Shown in pieces: positions 26,016 to 36,939 of a DNA stretch of 64,000 nucleotides. Location of the stretch: NCBI RefSeq assembly GCF_001447785.1, contig NW_015163619.1:338514-402513 (forward strand). Reading direction: 5' to 3'. The stretch's first letter is position 1. Every line of letters begins with the position of its first letter. The stretch comes from Gekko japonicus (Eukaryota). A model generated the notes under the pieces. The model did not search any database. It was not told the origin of the DNA and saw only the letters and a program-made list of their open reading frames with translations. Made by a program: the position numbers and the translations under genes.

Positions 26016-26108
26016 GTGGTGGGCCCCCCGAGAAAAACATGGGCCCCCTGAGCAAAAAGTTGTTAGCTACGGGCCTGATTCCAACTCCCCAGCCTCCCTA
26101 GGGGAGGG

Positions 26109-26390
26109 TTTATGGGGGATGGGTACTTATATAAGAGTGCCAAATGATGACCCATCACTGTCCTCAACTGAAGGCCCAGTGGAACATCTCTGCCTGGCAT
26201 GCCCTGCAGAAAGGTAATAATTCCTGCAGGGAACAGATGTCTTCTGGCATTTATGGGGGATGGGTACTTATATAAGAGTGCCAAATGATGACCCATCACT
26301 GTCCTCAACTGAAGGCCCAGTGGAACATCTCTGCCTGGCATGCCCTGCAGAAAGGTAATAATTCCTGCAGGGAACAGATGTCTTCTGGCA
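26109..26390. repeat. Perfect 141-bp tandem duplication
   Basis: 26109-26249 equals 26250-26390. Confidence 0.9.
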
Positions 26391-26549
26391 GAGCATTTCA
26401 CCAGGCAAGCCCTGGCCCTGGTTGAGGACAGTCAGACTTCTCTTGGGCCGGGGACCACCAGGAGGTTCTTGTTTTCTGAGTGTAGCACTCTTCCCAAAGA
26501 TATGAAAGTCCCTGACTGCTAAGGGCCTTAAAGGTCAAAACCAGAACTA

Positions 26550-27127
26550 GGAATACAAGCTTTTTGGAGAAGTGTGATTTCTCAGATTAATGTGATAGCC
26601 AGGCAGTCCTTACCATGCACTCCGGAAGTGGTGTTGTTAAATCTTTGGAAAGATTCGGATACAGGGGGCAGTAAGGAACTTATTTTGACATTATTAGCCG
26701 CAGCCAGGTTAACAATAGCAGCAGCTTGGAAGTCTCCTCATCTCCCTACAATTGCAATATGGCAAGAGAAAATTTGGGACCAATTTATAATGGCGAAAAT
26801 TACAGACTCCCTGATGAGAGCGAATAACAGTAACACGCCAACCTACACTAGATTTGTTAGGACTTGGGCCCCGGTGTTAGACTACATGGTAACGAATTAT
26901 ATTCTCCCTGCTAAACAGATCTATCATAAATGGTTATATTTATAGGCTGTAGCAGATATTTTATAATGGTCAGACTCATGGTGACTTACTAATGCTGTAT
27001 GGCGAGAATAGATGTTAAGAAAGTAAGCAATTATTCTTATTAATTTATAAGCAAAAAGTATTTGATGTATGTAATGTTAATGTTATTAACAAAAACAATT
27101 AAAAAATTATTTAAAAAAAAGAACAAC
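26550..27127 (+). mobile_element. L1-clade LINE 3' end (ORF2 C-terminus, 3' UTR, A-tail)
   Basis: IQAFWRSVISQI..LLAAARLTIAAAWKS..W motifs typical of non-mammalian L1 ORF2; A-rich tail; 11-bp TSD AACCAGAACTA (26539-49, 27128-38). Confidence 0.85.
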
Positions 27128-27256
27128 AACCAGAACTATGAACCCGATCCGGTGCTTCACTGGATTGTTCAGTTGAAAGTCAGATAACTAACCAAGTGAA
27201 ACCACTTTAATAACAGCCCTTTTAAAAATTAGTTTAAACCAACTTCTTTGCACTTG

Positions 27257-27400
27257 TTATTTATTTATTTTTATTTACTTAAAATATTTCATTCCACCTT
27301 TCCACCTGACCAGGGACCCCAAGGTAGCACACATCAAACATTAAAACATTAGAACAATTAAAAACAACATTAAAATTATAAATAAAATAATTCAATAAAA
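27257..27400 (-). mobile_element. L2-type 3' tail
   Basis: (TTTA)n followed by CCACCTTTCC..GGGACCCCAAGGTAGC. Confidence 0.55.
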
Positions 27401-28301
27401 GCACATAAATACAGGCCAGCTTGGGTTCGAGTATCAAAGCCAGGCTTCCAGCACTGCACAATAAAGTGTGGAAGGGGAGTCTCTTCCTCCAACCCAAGAA
27501 CCCCATTTTTGTTTAAAAATAGGCATGATAATTCTCTGGATATTTGGGGTTTCCCCTTGTCTTTTCTTTTCAGTCCTCAGTGAAAACTGATTCCACAGGA
27601 GGTTGGGTAGGAGTTAATAACCCCTTCAGCCTCTTGTTACAAGGAACTGTGCACATGCTCTGAGGAACCTGCTACAGTGTAGGTAACTTTTGTTTAGCTT
27701 AGTTCTGTTGGCAGAGTTTAAACATGCAGAGGAATGGAGCACCAACTGCTTAAAGAAAATAACTTGGTTTACTAAAGAAGGAATAAACTCTGATAGAACA
27801 CAAAAGAGGCACAGGAACTTAACTAGCTGAATAACTGCTATGAGAGACAGGAACAAAGGGGGAGGGCTCAGAAGGAGCAACAAGTCTCCAAAGAGCCAAT
27901 CAGGAGACAGGAAGGACATAATTTGAAATTGTGGAATGTCCCTAATCCAGCTATGCTAACTAACTAGCAGTCCTTCAGCTGTCTCCTTGTAGGATGATCT
28001 TCTGATCTTCAAGTAGGTGCGCTATAGACATATATTCCAACAAGTTCAACTATATTGCTTGTCATCTGAATATCTCTGTTCCATTATTGCTATGTGCCTT
28101 TCCCTGCATTTTGTTTTTGCCCTTTTCCCACGACCACTGGAATCCAACCATCCTTTTACTGTTTTCTCTCCTATAATAAATCTTCGAGTGTATGTGAGTC
28201 AAGTGCCATCAAGTTGCAGCTGACTTACGGTGACCCCAGCAAGGGGCTTTCAGGCAAGTGAGAAGTAGAGATGATTTGCCATTGCCTTCCTTTGCAGAGT
28301 C

Positions 28302-28389
28302 TTCCTTCCTTCCTTCCTTCCTTCCTTCCTTCCTTCCTTCCTTCCTTCCTTCCTTCCTTCCTTCCTTCCTTCCTTCCTTCCTTCCTTCC
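28302..28389. repeat. (TTCC)n microsatellite
   Basis: About 22 uninterrupted units. Confidence 0.97.
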
Positions 28390-28424
28390 CTCTGAAGAAG
28401 GTGGTCTGCCTTACAAATACGGTC

Positions 28425-29564
28425 CAGCCCCGTAGCTAGGGATGTTTTGGGGGGGGCTTGGGGGGGCACCAGCTAACTACATCAAAGGCTCCAGGGCAAG
28501 GGGGGTCCCCACACAGCCCCCACTAGAGCTTTCCTCTAAGGCGAGCCAGAATCCCAATGTTAATAAAAACTAAAAGGTCTAGGAAAGCTGCCGTGTTTTT
28601 TTTAAAAAAGGAGAGCGGGTATCAAGCTTCCTCTCTCACTCACTGAGTGCGTTCAGACGGGGCGTTTATGCCGGCAGAAACGCGATCAGACTTACCCTCC
28701 ATCTTGCGTAGCCCTCCGGTGGACGCCCGCTCACACGCTGCAGGCGTCGGCTTTTTTTTTTTAAAGGACAGTTTGAGCATGCACATAGGCAGCCATTCAG
28801 AGAATGGTGATTTTTGCGCATGCTCAACCCCCCCCTTACGTTTAAACTTTAAAGCCCAACCTGGCCTCCCTGTAGTCCCGGACTCCTCCGGGAAGTTAAA
28901 GTAAGGCATTTTTTAAAAAAACAAACGCTCAGAGCGAAGCTTCGCCTGAGCGCATATTGCTTAGTTTAAAAAAAAAATGGCCGGGGAAAGCCGGAAGCCT
29001 CAGGCTTCCGACGGAAGTAGCTGGGGAACGGAGGAGAGCGATCAGACGCCGGGGTGCACCGATTACAACCGTTGCACTCTGTTTACCACCACTTCGGACC
29101 TAGTGGCAGAGTGCAACGGTGTAAAGGGATTTACAACGGTTAGGGACGGGAGGCAGATGTTCGCCGTGTGAACGCCCGTAAGTACACCGGTTGGAACCGG
29201 CACCCTAACCGTTGTAAATCCCCCATCTGAACGCACCCACTCACTCACACACAGAGAGACCTTTATTGGCATTACTCCTCCCTCACTCCTTCCCTGAGCC
29301 TACGAGCCTGGAGCAGAAAATCCAACAGGAGGAGCGAACTGCTGCAATCCGACCAATATGTGTGTGACTCAGTCAACCACCAGTTGCTGCTGGGTCCTAA
29401 AGAGACTCATCTCATCACAGATGAGCTCAAACGGGGAGATGCCGGCTCAGATCGATCAGGGGGTGAGGGGGCCAGAGGGAGGGAGGGGGAGCTGAGGATT
29501 GGGGGAGGGGCCCACAAAAACAGCGGGGGGAGGCCCCATGGGCCCCATGTTAGCTACGGGCCTG
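28425..29564. mobile_element. hAT MITE, same family as 23059-26077, opposite orientation
   Basis: Ends CAGCCCCGTAGCTAG / GTTAGCTACGGGCCTG; TSD ATACGGTC/ATATGGAC (6/8); last ~90 bp match the reverse complement of 23059-23150. Confidence 0.85.
28645..29238. mobile_element. PIF/Harbinger-like MITE (nested)
   Basis: TIRs GAGTGCGTTCAGACGGGG / CCCCATCTGAACGCACCC; 3-bp TSD ACT; CpG-rich, so probably young. Confidence 0.85.
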
Positions 29565-29729
29565 ATATGGACCCTGCTTAGGTTCCGAGATCTGATGAGA
29601 TTGGGCTGTACCATGCCACCATCTCTCCCAAAGCATTGTTTTTTGTTTGTTTGTTTTTAATAAAGTCATTTTTCTGGCTTTGCTTAGTACAATTTATTTC
29701 TCTGGGGTATGTCTCTTAATCTCTTCCCC

Positions 29730-30600
29730 ATGTGCTAGGCTACGCAGGTGCTACCAAGTTACCTATAAGGTATTGTCTAGGGTTTCTACCCTGTTACTTT
29801 AGCACTCTAATTCTGTGCTGGATGAGTACCTCCTCAGTGGGTCACTTTAGATGTTCTCAGGAGGTCCTGCGTGGTGGCAGCAGGTTACCAGTGTATTTTC
29901 CAGGGAACCTTTGGTCTAAACGAGTTTCCCAGCAAGGAAACATGCCACTTTCTCCTTCCTACCATAACACAAGCATCAAGCAGGCAGAAGCCAAGGCACT
30001 GAAAGCAAGACTTGTGGGAGCTGTTGAACCAGCAAAGCTTCCATGCTTCTGCAGTCTTATAAAAGAAGCTGGGATCCCAGCCCTTTCTTGATGATCTGGA
30101 TAAAGTCCCTGTCAGGAACTACTACGACTTCATCTCTTTCCTGGGAATCTAGAGAAAGCCAGAACTCGGGCTGCTCATTATATGTTCCTTTGTTAGATCC
30201 CTGTCTCTGCCCAGGTCATCCTTCATCTTTGATGCCAAGGTTCTGGGGGGTGGGGAACCTCTGTGGGTGTGGGGCCTTGGTAGGACTTGTGCAGTGGCTC
30301 CAGGTCACTGGAAGGGGCTGACAGGGTGCAGAGCTTTGCAGATAGTTCCTGGTTTGTTGGCTCACTGGGGACTGGTCCACAACTGGTGGCTGTGACAGGA
30401 TCACTGGGTCCACCTGCTGAGCACTCAGAGGGGTTTGCCCCATGGAACTCTCAGGGCCTGTGAGGGACTCCTCATCATCTGAAGAGGGCTCCTTAAGGAG
30501 ACAGCTGCTGTCTGAAGAACATTACTAGCTCCCCTGAAGAACATTACTAGCACAAGGGAGCATACTTGGAGATGCAGTTTGATAAGCAGAGTTGTCAACA
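29730..30600 (-). mobile_element. Possible degenerate Gypsy-type LTR
   Basis: GC-elevated block with CTCCTCATCATCTGAAG, reminiscent of squamate Gypsy LTRs; no TSD found, ends uncertain. Confidence 0.3.
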
Positions 30601-31148
30601 ACCTAGAGAAAAAATGTCTGCCTTTTTAACCGAGGCTTATTGTGCAGAAATGAGCAGTTGAAGCTTCTCATGGCACTGAAGTAAATAACATCACCTGGTA
30701 AACAGCATCCCATTGAGCCCTTGTTAATGGGGCAGGACTTTTTTTCTCTCCAAGTTGACATTGGGTGCAGCAATAAGTAAGAAGCCAGTGCAGTTGATGT
30801 GGCACTAGAATTATGCCTTCTAATCAGCTGTCCCCAGACAGAAGCCTTGCTGCTCCATTTTGTACTCACTGGAGCTTCCAAGACTTCTGTACACAAGTAT
30901 CCCCCTTACTGGTTAATATATTTGTGCCTAGGACATGATCCCTTAGGTTGCCAAATGCCTTCCTGTGCCCACTGTGTAAGTCAGAATTTTAATAGCCTTG
31001 AAGGAGACACTCCCTGAAATTTGACAGGAAGAGGATAAGGTTCCACCAGACATCATGATATTTCACAAACGGTATCTAGTATGTAGTTTGTGTGAGTATT
31101 ACCATGGCTGCATCCACACATTATTTGTATATGGTTATTACTATTGTC

Positions 31149-31384
31149 TCCTGCCAACCTAGCAGTTCGAAAGCAAGAAATTGCAAGTAGATAAATAGGT
31201 ACCACTTCGGTGGGAAGGTAACAGCGTTCCAGGCGCCTTGGTGTTTAGTCATGCCGGCCACATGACCACGGAAATGTCTTCGGACAGCGCTGACTCTTCG
31301 GCTTTGAAACGGAGATGAGCACCGCAACCCTAGAGTCGGATTTGACTGGCTTTCGAGCAAGGGAACCTTTACCTTTACCTTTAC
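31149..31384 (+). mobile_element. Sauria SINE (Squam1), 5'-truncated
   Basis: CCTAGCAGTTCGAAAGCA..TAGATAAATAGGTACC..GTCATGCCGGCCACATGACC, (ACCTTT)n tail; 13-bp TSD TATTACTATTGTC (31136-48, 31385-97). Confidence 0.9.
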
Positions 31385-31690
31385 TATTACTATTGTCATG
31401 CTAAAGTGATCATTTGCAACTGAATTATCTTATCTATCCAGGAAAACCCAGTTGTCGATGATAGCTATAGCACAGTGATGGCATAATATGCAACAGTGTG
31501 TGTATGCAGCCTATGTCAAGTGTTCCAGGTGAAAGGTGAGTCTTATGCCTTCATTTGGTGAAAGTCAACCTGGACAACTGCATGCAAAAGATTCTTGATC
31601 TGAAGGCAGTTGAAGGTAGCTATATTACTATTTTTCTCCAACTTACAAATGTATGCAGCAAAATCCTTGCTCCTTCCCCTAATTATGGTC

Positions 31691-31888
31691 TATGAACACA
31701 CAAAGCTGCCTTATACCCTCAGACCAGTTCTCCATTGTGCTCAGTATTGTCTTCTCTGATTGACAGTACAGGATTTCAGGCAGATAAAGGCCTTCCCTCA
31801 ACACCAGCTTTTAACTGGAGACAGCTGGGATTGAAACCAGTACTATCTACAAGCAAAACAGATGTGGTACCACTGAGTCACAGCCCCT
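31691..31888 (-). mobile_element. Squam2-like SINE
   Basis: Reverse-strand GGGGCTGTGACTCAGTGGTA head and AAGGCAGCTTTGTGTGTTCAT tail. Confidence 0.75.
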
Positions 31889-33278
31889 AACATCACTGGT
31901 CTCTGTCATTCCTAAATTCCCCAAATTTATTTTTTCAGTCACTGATGGAACAGTGTTTGATGGATTACCTTACACCCATGACTCTGCATAGGGAATTAAA
32001 TGGTCATTCTAACCTTTTGATTGTTTTATGGATGTAATTGTTTTATGGATTTTACTTTAGTGACTTCCTTTTGTGATTTTTAAAATAATTGTTTTGTTGT
32101 TCCTGCTTATAGATAGGTCATACACCACAGAAAGTTCTCCACAAAGATTTCAACTTAATTATTTTAAAACACTTATTTGTGGATTTGATAGAATTTTTTA
32201 AAAGAAGGAATGGTGCTCATATGAGAGTGCTGTTTCCCTCCTGCTTAAAAAACTCTTATGCATAAGTGTCAAAATGGTTTTTTTTTTAAATTCCTGGGAG
32301 CTGTAAAAGCACAAAGTGAGTGTATATGTAGGAAAAGTCTGTATGAACATCCTCTGCAAGGCATATTGACAGAAAACTGTTGTTGAGTGCCTAAGGGATG
32401 GCCAAAGAAGTAATGAAGATTGGAGTGGAATCTTATCAGGGTCTGAATGACATATGACATGTTGTAAAAGAACCTCCATCCCTTTCTGATGCCCACATAG
32501 CAGAACACAAGGGGGTGCAAAACTGTACTCTGATTTTCAATTGTTCTCGCAGAAAATTCTGGACAGTAATAAATGGGCACTGCACAGATACTGCCCCAAG
32601 GAAACCCTAAGCTGCCTTTTTGATTGCCCAGTGTAGGAAGTGTATCAATACTACAAGAGCAAGACTGAATTTACTGTCTTTAAAAAGAAACCCACCAAAT
32701 ATGTTATTTGTCTAATTACTGGCAGCCCTTAGAGCAATTATGCGTGTGGCAGCAGTCTTCACAGAACCTGTCCTTTAGCATGCACTATAATTAGAGAAAG
32801 CCTGCAGCCCGACAGACACAAAATCGACAGAACAAGGAGTGCAGAGGTGAAGGAGTTGAGGGGGCGGAGACCATTACGCAGAAACGGCAGCACCTCTCAC
32901 TTTTGCTCCCAGCACAGAGCCATGCAAATATACCTTCTGAACATTAACACAGCCAGAGAAGAAACATCCCACAGGGTGCATCAATACTGCAGCAAATGAT
33001 AATGGGAACCTTGTTCCAGCAGCTGTGTCCTGCCCTCTGCACATTAGCACCTGTCGGGAGAAGCAATCAATGCTGGTCAATGGGCAGCTCCCCTTACAGC
33101 TCAATTCACACAATGATCGTTAGCTGGAACCAACACAGTGGCACCCCGCACTGCCAAATGGTGTCCTTTTCTTTTCAAACACAGGCAAGCCATGTCTTTC
33201 CCAGATAGCTGGCACACAGCTCCTTTGTCATCTCTCTGATTTTGTTCTTGCTCTGCCTTTTCTGCAGTGTGCAAAAAA

Positions 33279-33399
33279 CCCCAAAACACAACCTACTGAA
33301 AGGTATAAGATATTCAGCATAATGTCATGCCATGTCCCCCCAAAACACAACCTACTGAAAGGTAGAAATTAAGATATTCAGCATAATGTCATGCCATGT
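33279..33399. repeat. Tandem duplication, ~57-62-bp unit
   Basis: CCCCAAAACACAACCTACTGAAAGGTA..AAGATATTCAGCATAATGTCATGCCATGT twice, with a small indel. Confidence 0.9.
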
Positions 33400-35785
33400 T
33401 CCTCCACTGGGTTTAAGATCAATCTTGACTGGCATCCATCAGCCACGTATTCCACCAAAGCAAGAAATCATATCCTTAAGTCAATTTTCTATATTGTATT
33501 TACATAACAAGTGTCAATAAGGATTTAACTGTTACAGCATCTGAGGGTTAAAATTAGGACAAAAAAGGTGAATGAAGGACTGTTTGGAAAGTGGGTTTTT
33601 TTCCCTTTTACAATATATCAGGAAACACAGCAGATCTTCAGCAAGCAGTCAGAATCCATTTGGCTCCTTTAAAAAATTATAACAACTTTTTCCATACAGT
33701 ATTATAACTAAACTGCCAGTAGCTTTAAAAAAATGCCAGTTTTTTTAACAATGCAAAATGACTTTTCCAAAGATAACTGCCATAAATTTTTACAGGTTAT
33801 ACTAAAAATAAAAAACAAATACTTCTGCTGGGAACCCTAGAAATAAGAAATTATTACATTTGACTGAGAAAGACACAGGTATTATTTTTGTTAGCCAGAT
33901 TAGTTTAAAAAAATCTCAGAATGGGTGATCCAAATGACAGTTAAAACAACAAGGCAAGATTGGAGTGACCATTTTATAAAGGGGCAATTGAATGCACATG
34001 CCAGATGGGGAATGTTATGTGTGAGTAACAGACCTATGCTATTAAAAGGTGTTGACAAGGCAGAGATTCTAAACAACCTTTTACAACATTCTACAACAAA
34101 GTAATAACAATTTAGCAAAACCTACATTTGTAACAAATAAAAGGTTTGTCCACTCACCCCCCCAAATGCACTCTGTACCCTTAAAATAACTAAGGGCAGA
34201 TTCCTGGTCAACACAGATTTTGTTAACAGCCTGACAATTTACAAAGTTTACTTTCCAAAAGACATGTATTCACTGGGGAAAGAACTGACAAGCAATAAAT
34301 GCATTCTTACTTGTTTGGATAATTTTGCTTCATTGCACTAGAAGTCAAATCCAGTACTATGCAAATGGCATCTTGAAGGTCGCAACCCATACTTCTATTC
34401 TAATCCATTCTAGTGTGAAATCATTTTTTGTAAGATTAGTTGTCCAGACCTCTTAGCCTTCTCTTTATCTTCCCCCTGTAAAGCCGTGACACTTGAAAAT
34501 TCATAGAAGAGTCAAATGCTCCTGTGGAAATGAATATTGCCATCCATGGACTATCCTGTCCTCACAAACACATATGAGGTGTTGATAAAATCATCCATCT
34601 TCCTGTTCAACAAACCTCTTATTCAGCTGATAGTGGAATGACCTAACTTTGAATGTGTCCCTTAAAAGGGAGCTCTAAAGGAAATAAATCCATTATAATC
34701 AATTTACAGTATTCATCAAGGCTCCATCAATAGAACCTTAATATAATGCTTACTGATTAGTCTTGTTTCATTAATAGTAGCCATGGTCAGACAACATGAT
34801 TAGGTTGGCTCTACCCAACTTCCCTATATTGGACAGAAAACGTCTTAACAGATTGTACAACATACAAGCTGTATGCACAGAAGTTCTGCTCAGAAATGGC
34901 AATGAATTCTTGGAAGTTGGAGGACAGCAGCGCTAATGCTTCACTATCTGCCCCCCCCCCCCAATGCATTTGGTCTCCATAATATGTTGCCTGAAAAACA
35001 GCTGGATTCAGGGTCACCTATTTTCCCCCTCTTCTACAAAAAAAAAATTAAATTCGTACACAACAAGTTTAAGTAGCAGGTGTTAGAATGATTATTTCAC
35101 ACTGCAAGATTATGGCAATGTGTGCCTACACAGACATATGCCCCCCATAGGTGATGTATGCATTAATTCTCTCAAATATTATACTCTGATATCATTTTTG
35201 TTCTCTTGTGGCACTTCTTAGTTCTCTTCTGGCACTAATAGAACACTGGAGCTAAAACTAATGGCATATATCCTCCAGTGAGCAAAGTTTGAAGCTGTTC
35301 TCTATCACCACTATAAAATAATAAATCATCATCCCTTTAAAAAAACAAATGTCTTAGCATTCCTATTGAATTGTTTCTCAGAAATAATCTTATGCAGTCT
35401 GGAACAGTATTACTAGATATACGTTTATTGTCACAAGTCTTTAATGAAACTATCTGGCAATTTTAGCACATGGCATTCTCATTTAGTAGGAAAAAAGAAA
35501 CAAAAGGCTGCACCAATCACCCACCCCCCCCAAAAAAAAATATAGGCAAAAAGCCAATGGAGAAGATTTCTTCAATCTCTATGCATTTCTCATTAGCTGT
35601 ATCAGCAGATAAGGTTGTCAGCCACTGGGGCAGGAGAGGGAGGGGCAAGAATGAAGGAAAGGATGGCATCTCATGGGACTTTTAAGAAGACCAGCCACAT
35701 TTCATTCCAGGTGTAAGTACACTTTTTCTTCAGAGAGAGAGAGGGAGGGAGGGAGCTAGAGGGAGCATGCCAGAAAGAGAGAGAG

Positions 35786-35940
35786 AGAGTCCTGTGTTTA
35801 AGACCCAAAAACATTTTATTCCAGGTATTGGGCGGGGGGGTTTCCTGTGTTTAAGACCAAAAAATGTTTTATTCCAGGTATGGGGGGAGAGTCCTGTGTT
35901 CAAGACTCAAAAATGTTCTATTCCAGGTATGGGGGGGGGA
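35786..35940. repeat. Minisatellite, three units of ~50 bp
   Basis: TCCTGTGTTYAAGAC..AAAA..TTTTATTCCAGGTAT(G)n three times. Confidence 0.85.
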
Positions 35941-36049
35941 ACCTAACAGCACAGCCTGCATTCCTTATTAGTCAAAGGGAGCAAGAGTACAGTAGCACCT
36001 TAAGGACTGACAAAATTCGTGGCAGGGCATGAGATTTCATGAATCACTG

Positions 36050-36332
36050 TGTTCTGGGTTCGCAGCATGGAGGACTCGGACGACGACATGTGTTTGCACA
36101 CGTTTATTGTACTTAACTTCAAACTGCAAAACGGCCCTGCAAGGCCAACTATATACACACACACCCAGCACACCCACAGTCCCATTGGGGGGGTTGAATT
36201 TCCCACCATAGTTACTATTGGTTCGTGCTGGGGGAACTAGGATCTTCAGCTCCTATTGTCTTGAGGAGCGCTTGAGGAGCTAAGCTCCTGCCGGTAGCCG
36301 CGGACCCCTGCTGGCGGTCCGCGTACATAACA
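36050..36332 (-). mobile_element. Solo LTR (283 bp) inserted in a Penelope pLTR
   Basis: TGTT...AACA ends; perfect 5-bp TSD CACTG (36045-49, 36333-37); minus-strand TATATA and AATAAA. Confidence 0.85.
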
Positions 36333-36690
36333 CACTGCTCACTTCTTCAGATACAGCTGGAATGTGAGTCCATCGGTCATATCTTGGACAGTGAAGTGAT
36401 TTCAGAAACCAATAGCAGGCATTGGTAATGAAAGAAGAAACCTAGGTCTCAGTTCAGTCCAGGAGTTTGTATTGTCTTGAGCTTCATGATCAGTTCCAAT
36501 TCAGCAGTCTCTCTTTCTAATCTCCCTTTGAAATTCCTTTGTAAGAGAACTGCTGCTCTTAGGTCAGCCACTGAATGCCCTGGAAGGCTAAAATGTTTCC
36601 ACACTGGTTTTTGAGTGTTGTAGTTTCTAATAGTGGTAGAAAGAGTAAGAGTCCAGTAGCACCTTTAAAGACTAACAAAATTGTGGTGGG

Positions 36691-36728
36691 GTATGTGCTT
36701 TTGTGAGCCACGGCTCACTTCTTCAGAC
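36691..36728 (-). ncRNA. Degenerate minimal hammerhead ribozyme motif (Penelope pLTR)
   Basis: CUGAAGA-A-GUGAGC(CGUG)GCUCAC-AAAA-GCAC-AUAC: core and stem II present; GAAA and the cleavage triplet are mutated. Confidence 0.65.
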
Positions 36729-36939
36729 TTATTTCCATTTATTCTTTGCATCCTCCTGGACTGAATCCTCCTGTACCAAACTGAGATGTAGGTTTCCTGT
36801 CTCATTACCAACGCTGATATCTCCATGCCTCTGTATACCACACCAATGCTGATATCTCCACCCCTCTGCATATCACACCTAATCCAATCTTGCCTGCTAT
36901 TGTCATTCGGCATCTGAAATCACCTTTATAAAATGTATA

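Larger units (their letters stand above)
23059..26077. mobile_element. Composite non-autonomous hAT element (~3 kb including a gap) with GC/CpG-rich cargo
   Basis: Perfect 16-bp TIRs CAGGCCCGTAGCTAAC / GTTAGCTACGGGCCTG; perfect 8-bp TSD ATTCCAAC (23051-58, 26078-85). Confidence 0.85.
22185..27165 (-). mobile_element. L2 LINE 3' region split by four later events
   Basis: (TTTA)n tail at 22185; L2-like sequence resumes at ~22930-23058, 26078-26549 and 27128-27165 (GGCAGAGCATTTCACCAGG, AAGGTCAAAACCAGAAC..TGAACC). Confidence 0.65.
28188..29625 (-). mobile_element. 5S rRNA-headed SINE with RTE/BovB-derived body, interrupted by a hAT MITE
   Basis: Minus strand CCCAATCTCATCAGATCTCGGAACCTAAGCAGGGTC..AGACCACC matches 5S rRNA; body GGAAGGCAATGGCAAA..CTTGCC and GGGGTCACCGTAAGTC resemble the BovB 5' UTR and 3' end. 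Confidence 0.8.
35975..36918 (-). mobile_element. Penelope-like element fragment (two pLTR copies, GIY-YIG C-terminus, inverted piece)
   Basis: Minus-strand translation of ~36630-36420: IRNYNTQKPVWKHFSLPGHSVADLRAAVLLQRNFKGRLERETAELELIMKLKTIQTPGLN; pLTR GAGT(A/C)CAGTAGCACCTT..AGACT..CTCACTTCTTCAGA at ~35985 and ~36649; plus-strand piece 36750-36918. Confidence 0.85.

Noticed and set aside
28209-28469. ORF with (RKEG)n repeat
   Set aside because: Translation of the (TTCC)n microsatellite.
29570-29620. 5S rRNA-like sequence (also ~41000-41030) and tRNA-like A/B boxes
   Set aside because: Partial, diverged SINE heads, not RNA genes.
34311-34390. Minus-strand ATG..GTAAGA mini-exon (MGCDLQDAICIVLDL...)
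   Set aside because: Short, unrecognised and expected by chance.
33279-35940. Short direct-repeat arrays as possible CRISPR
   Set aside because: Vertebrate DNA, head-to-tail units without unique spacers, no cas genes.
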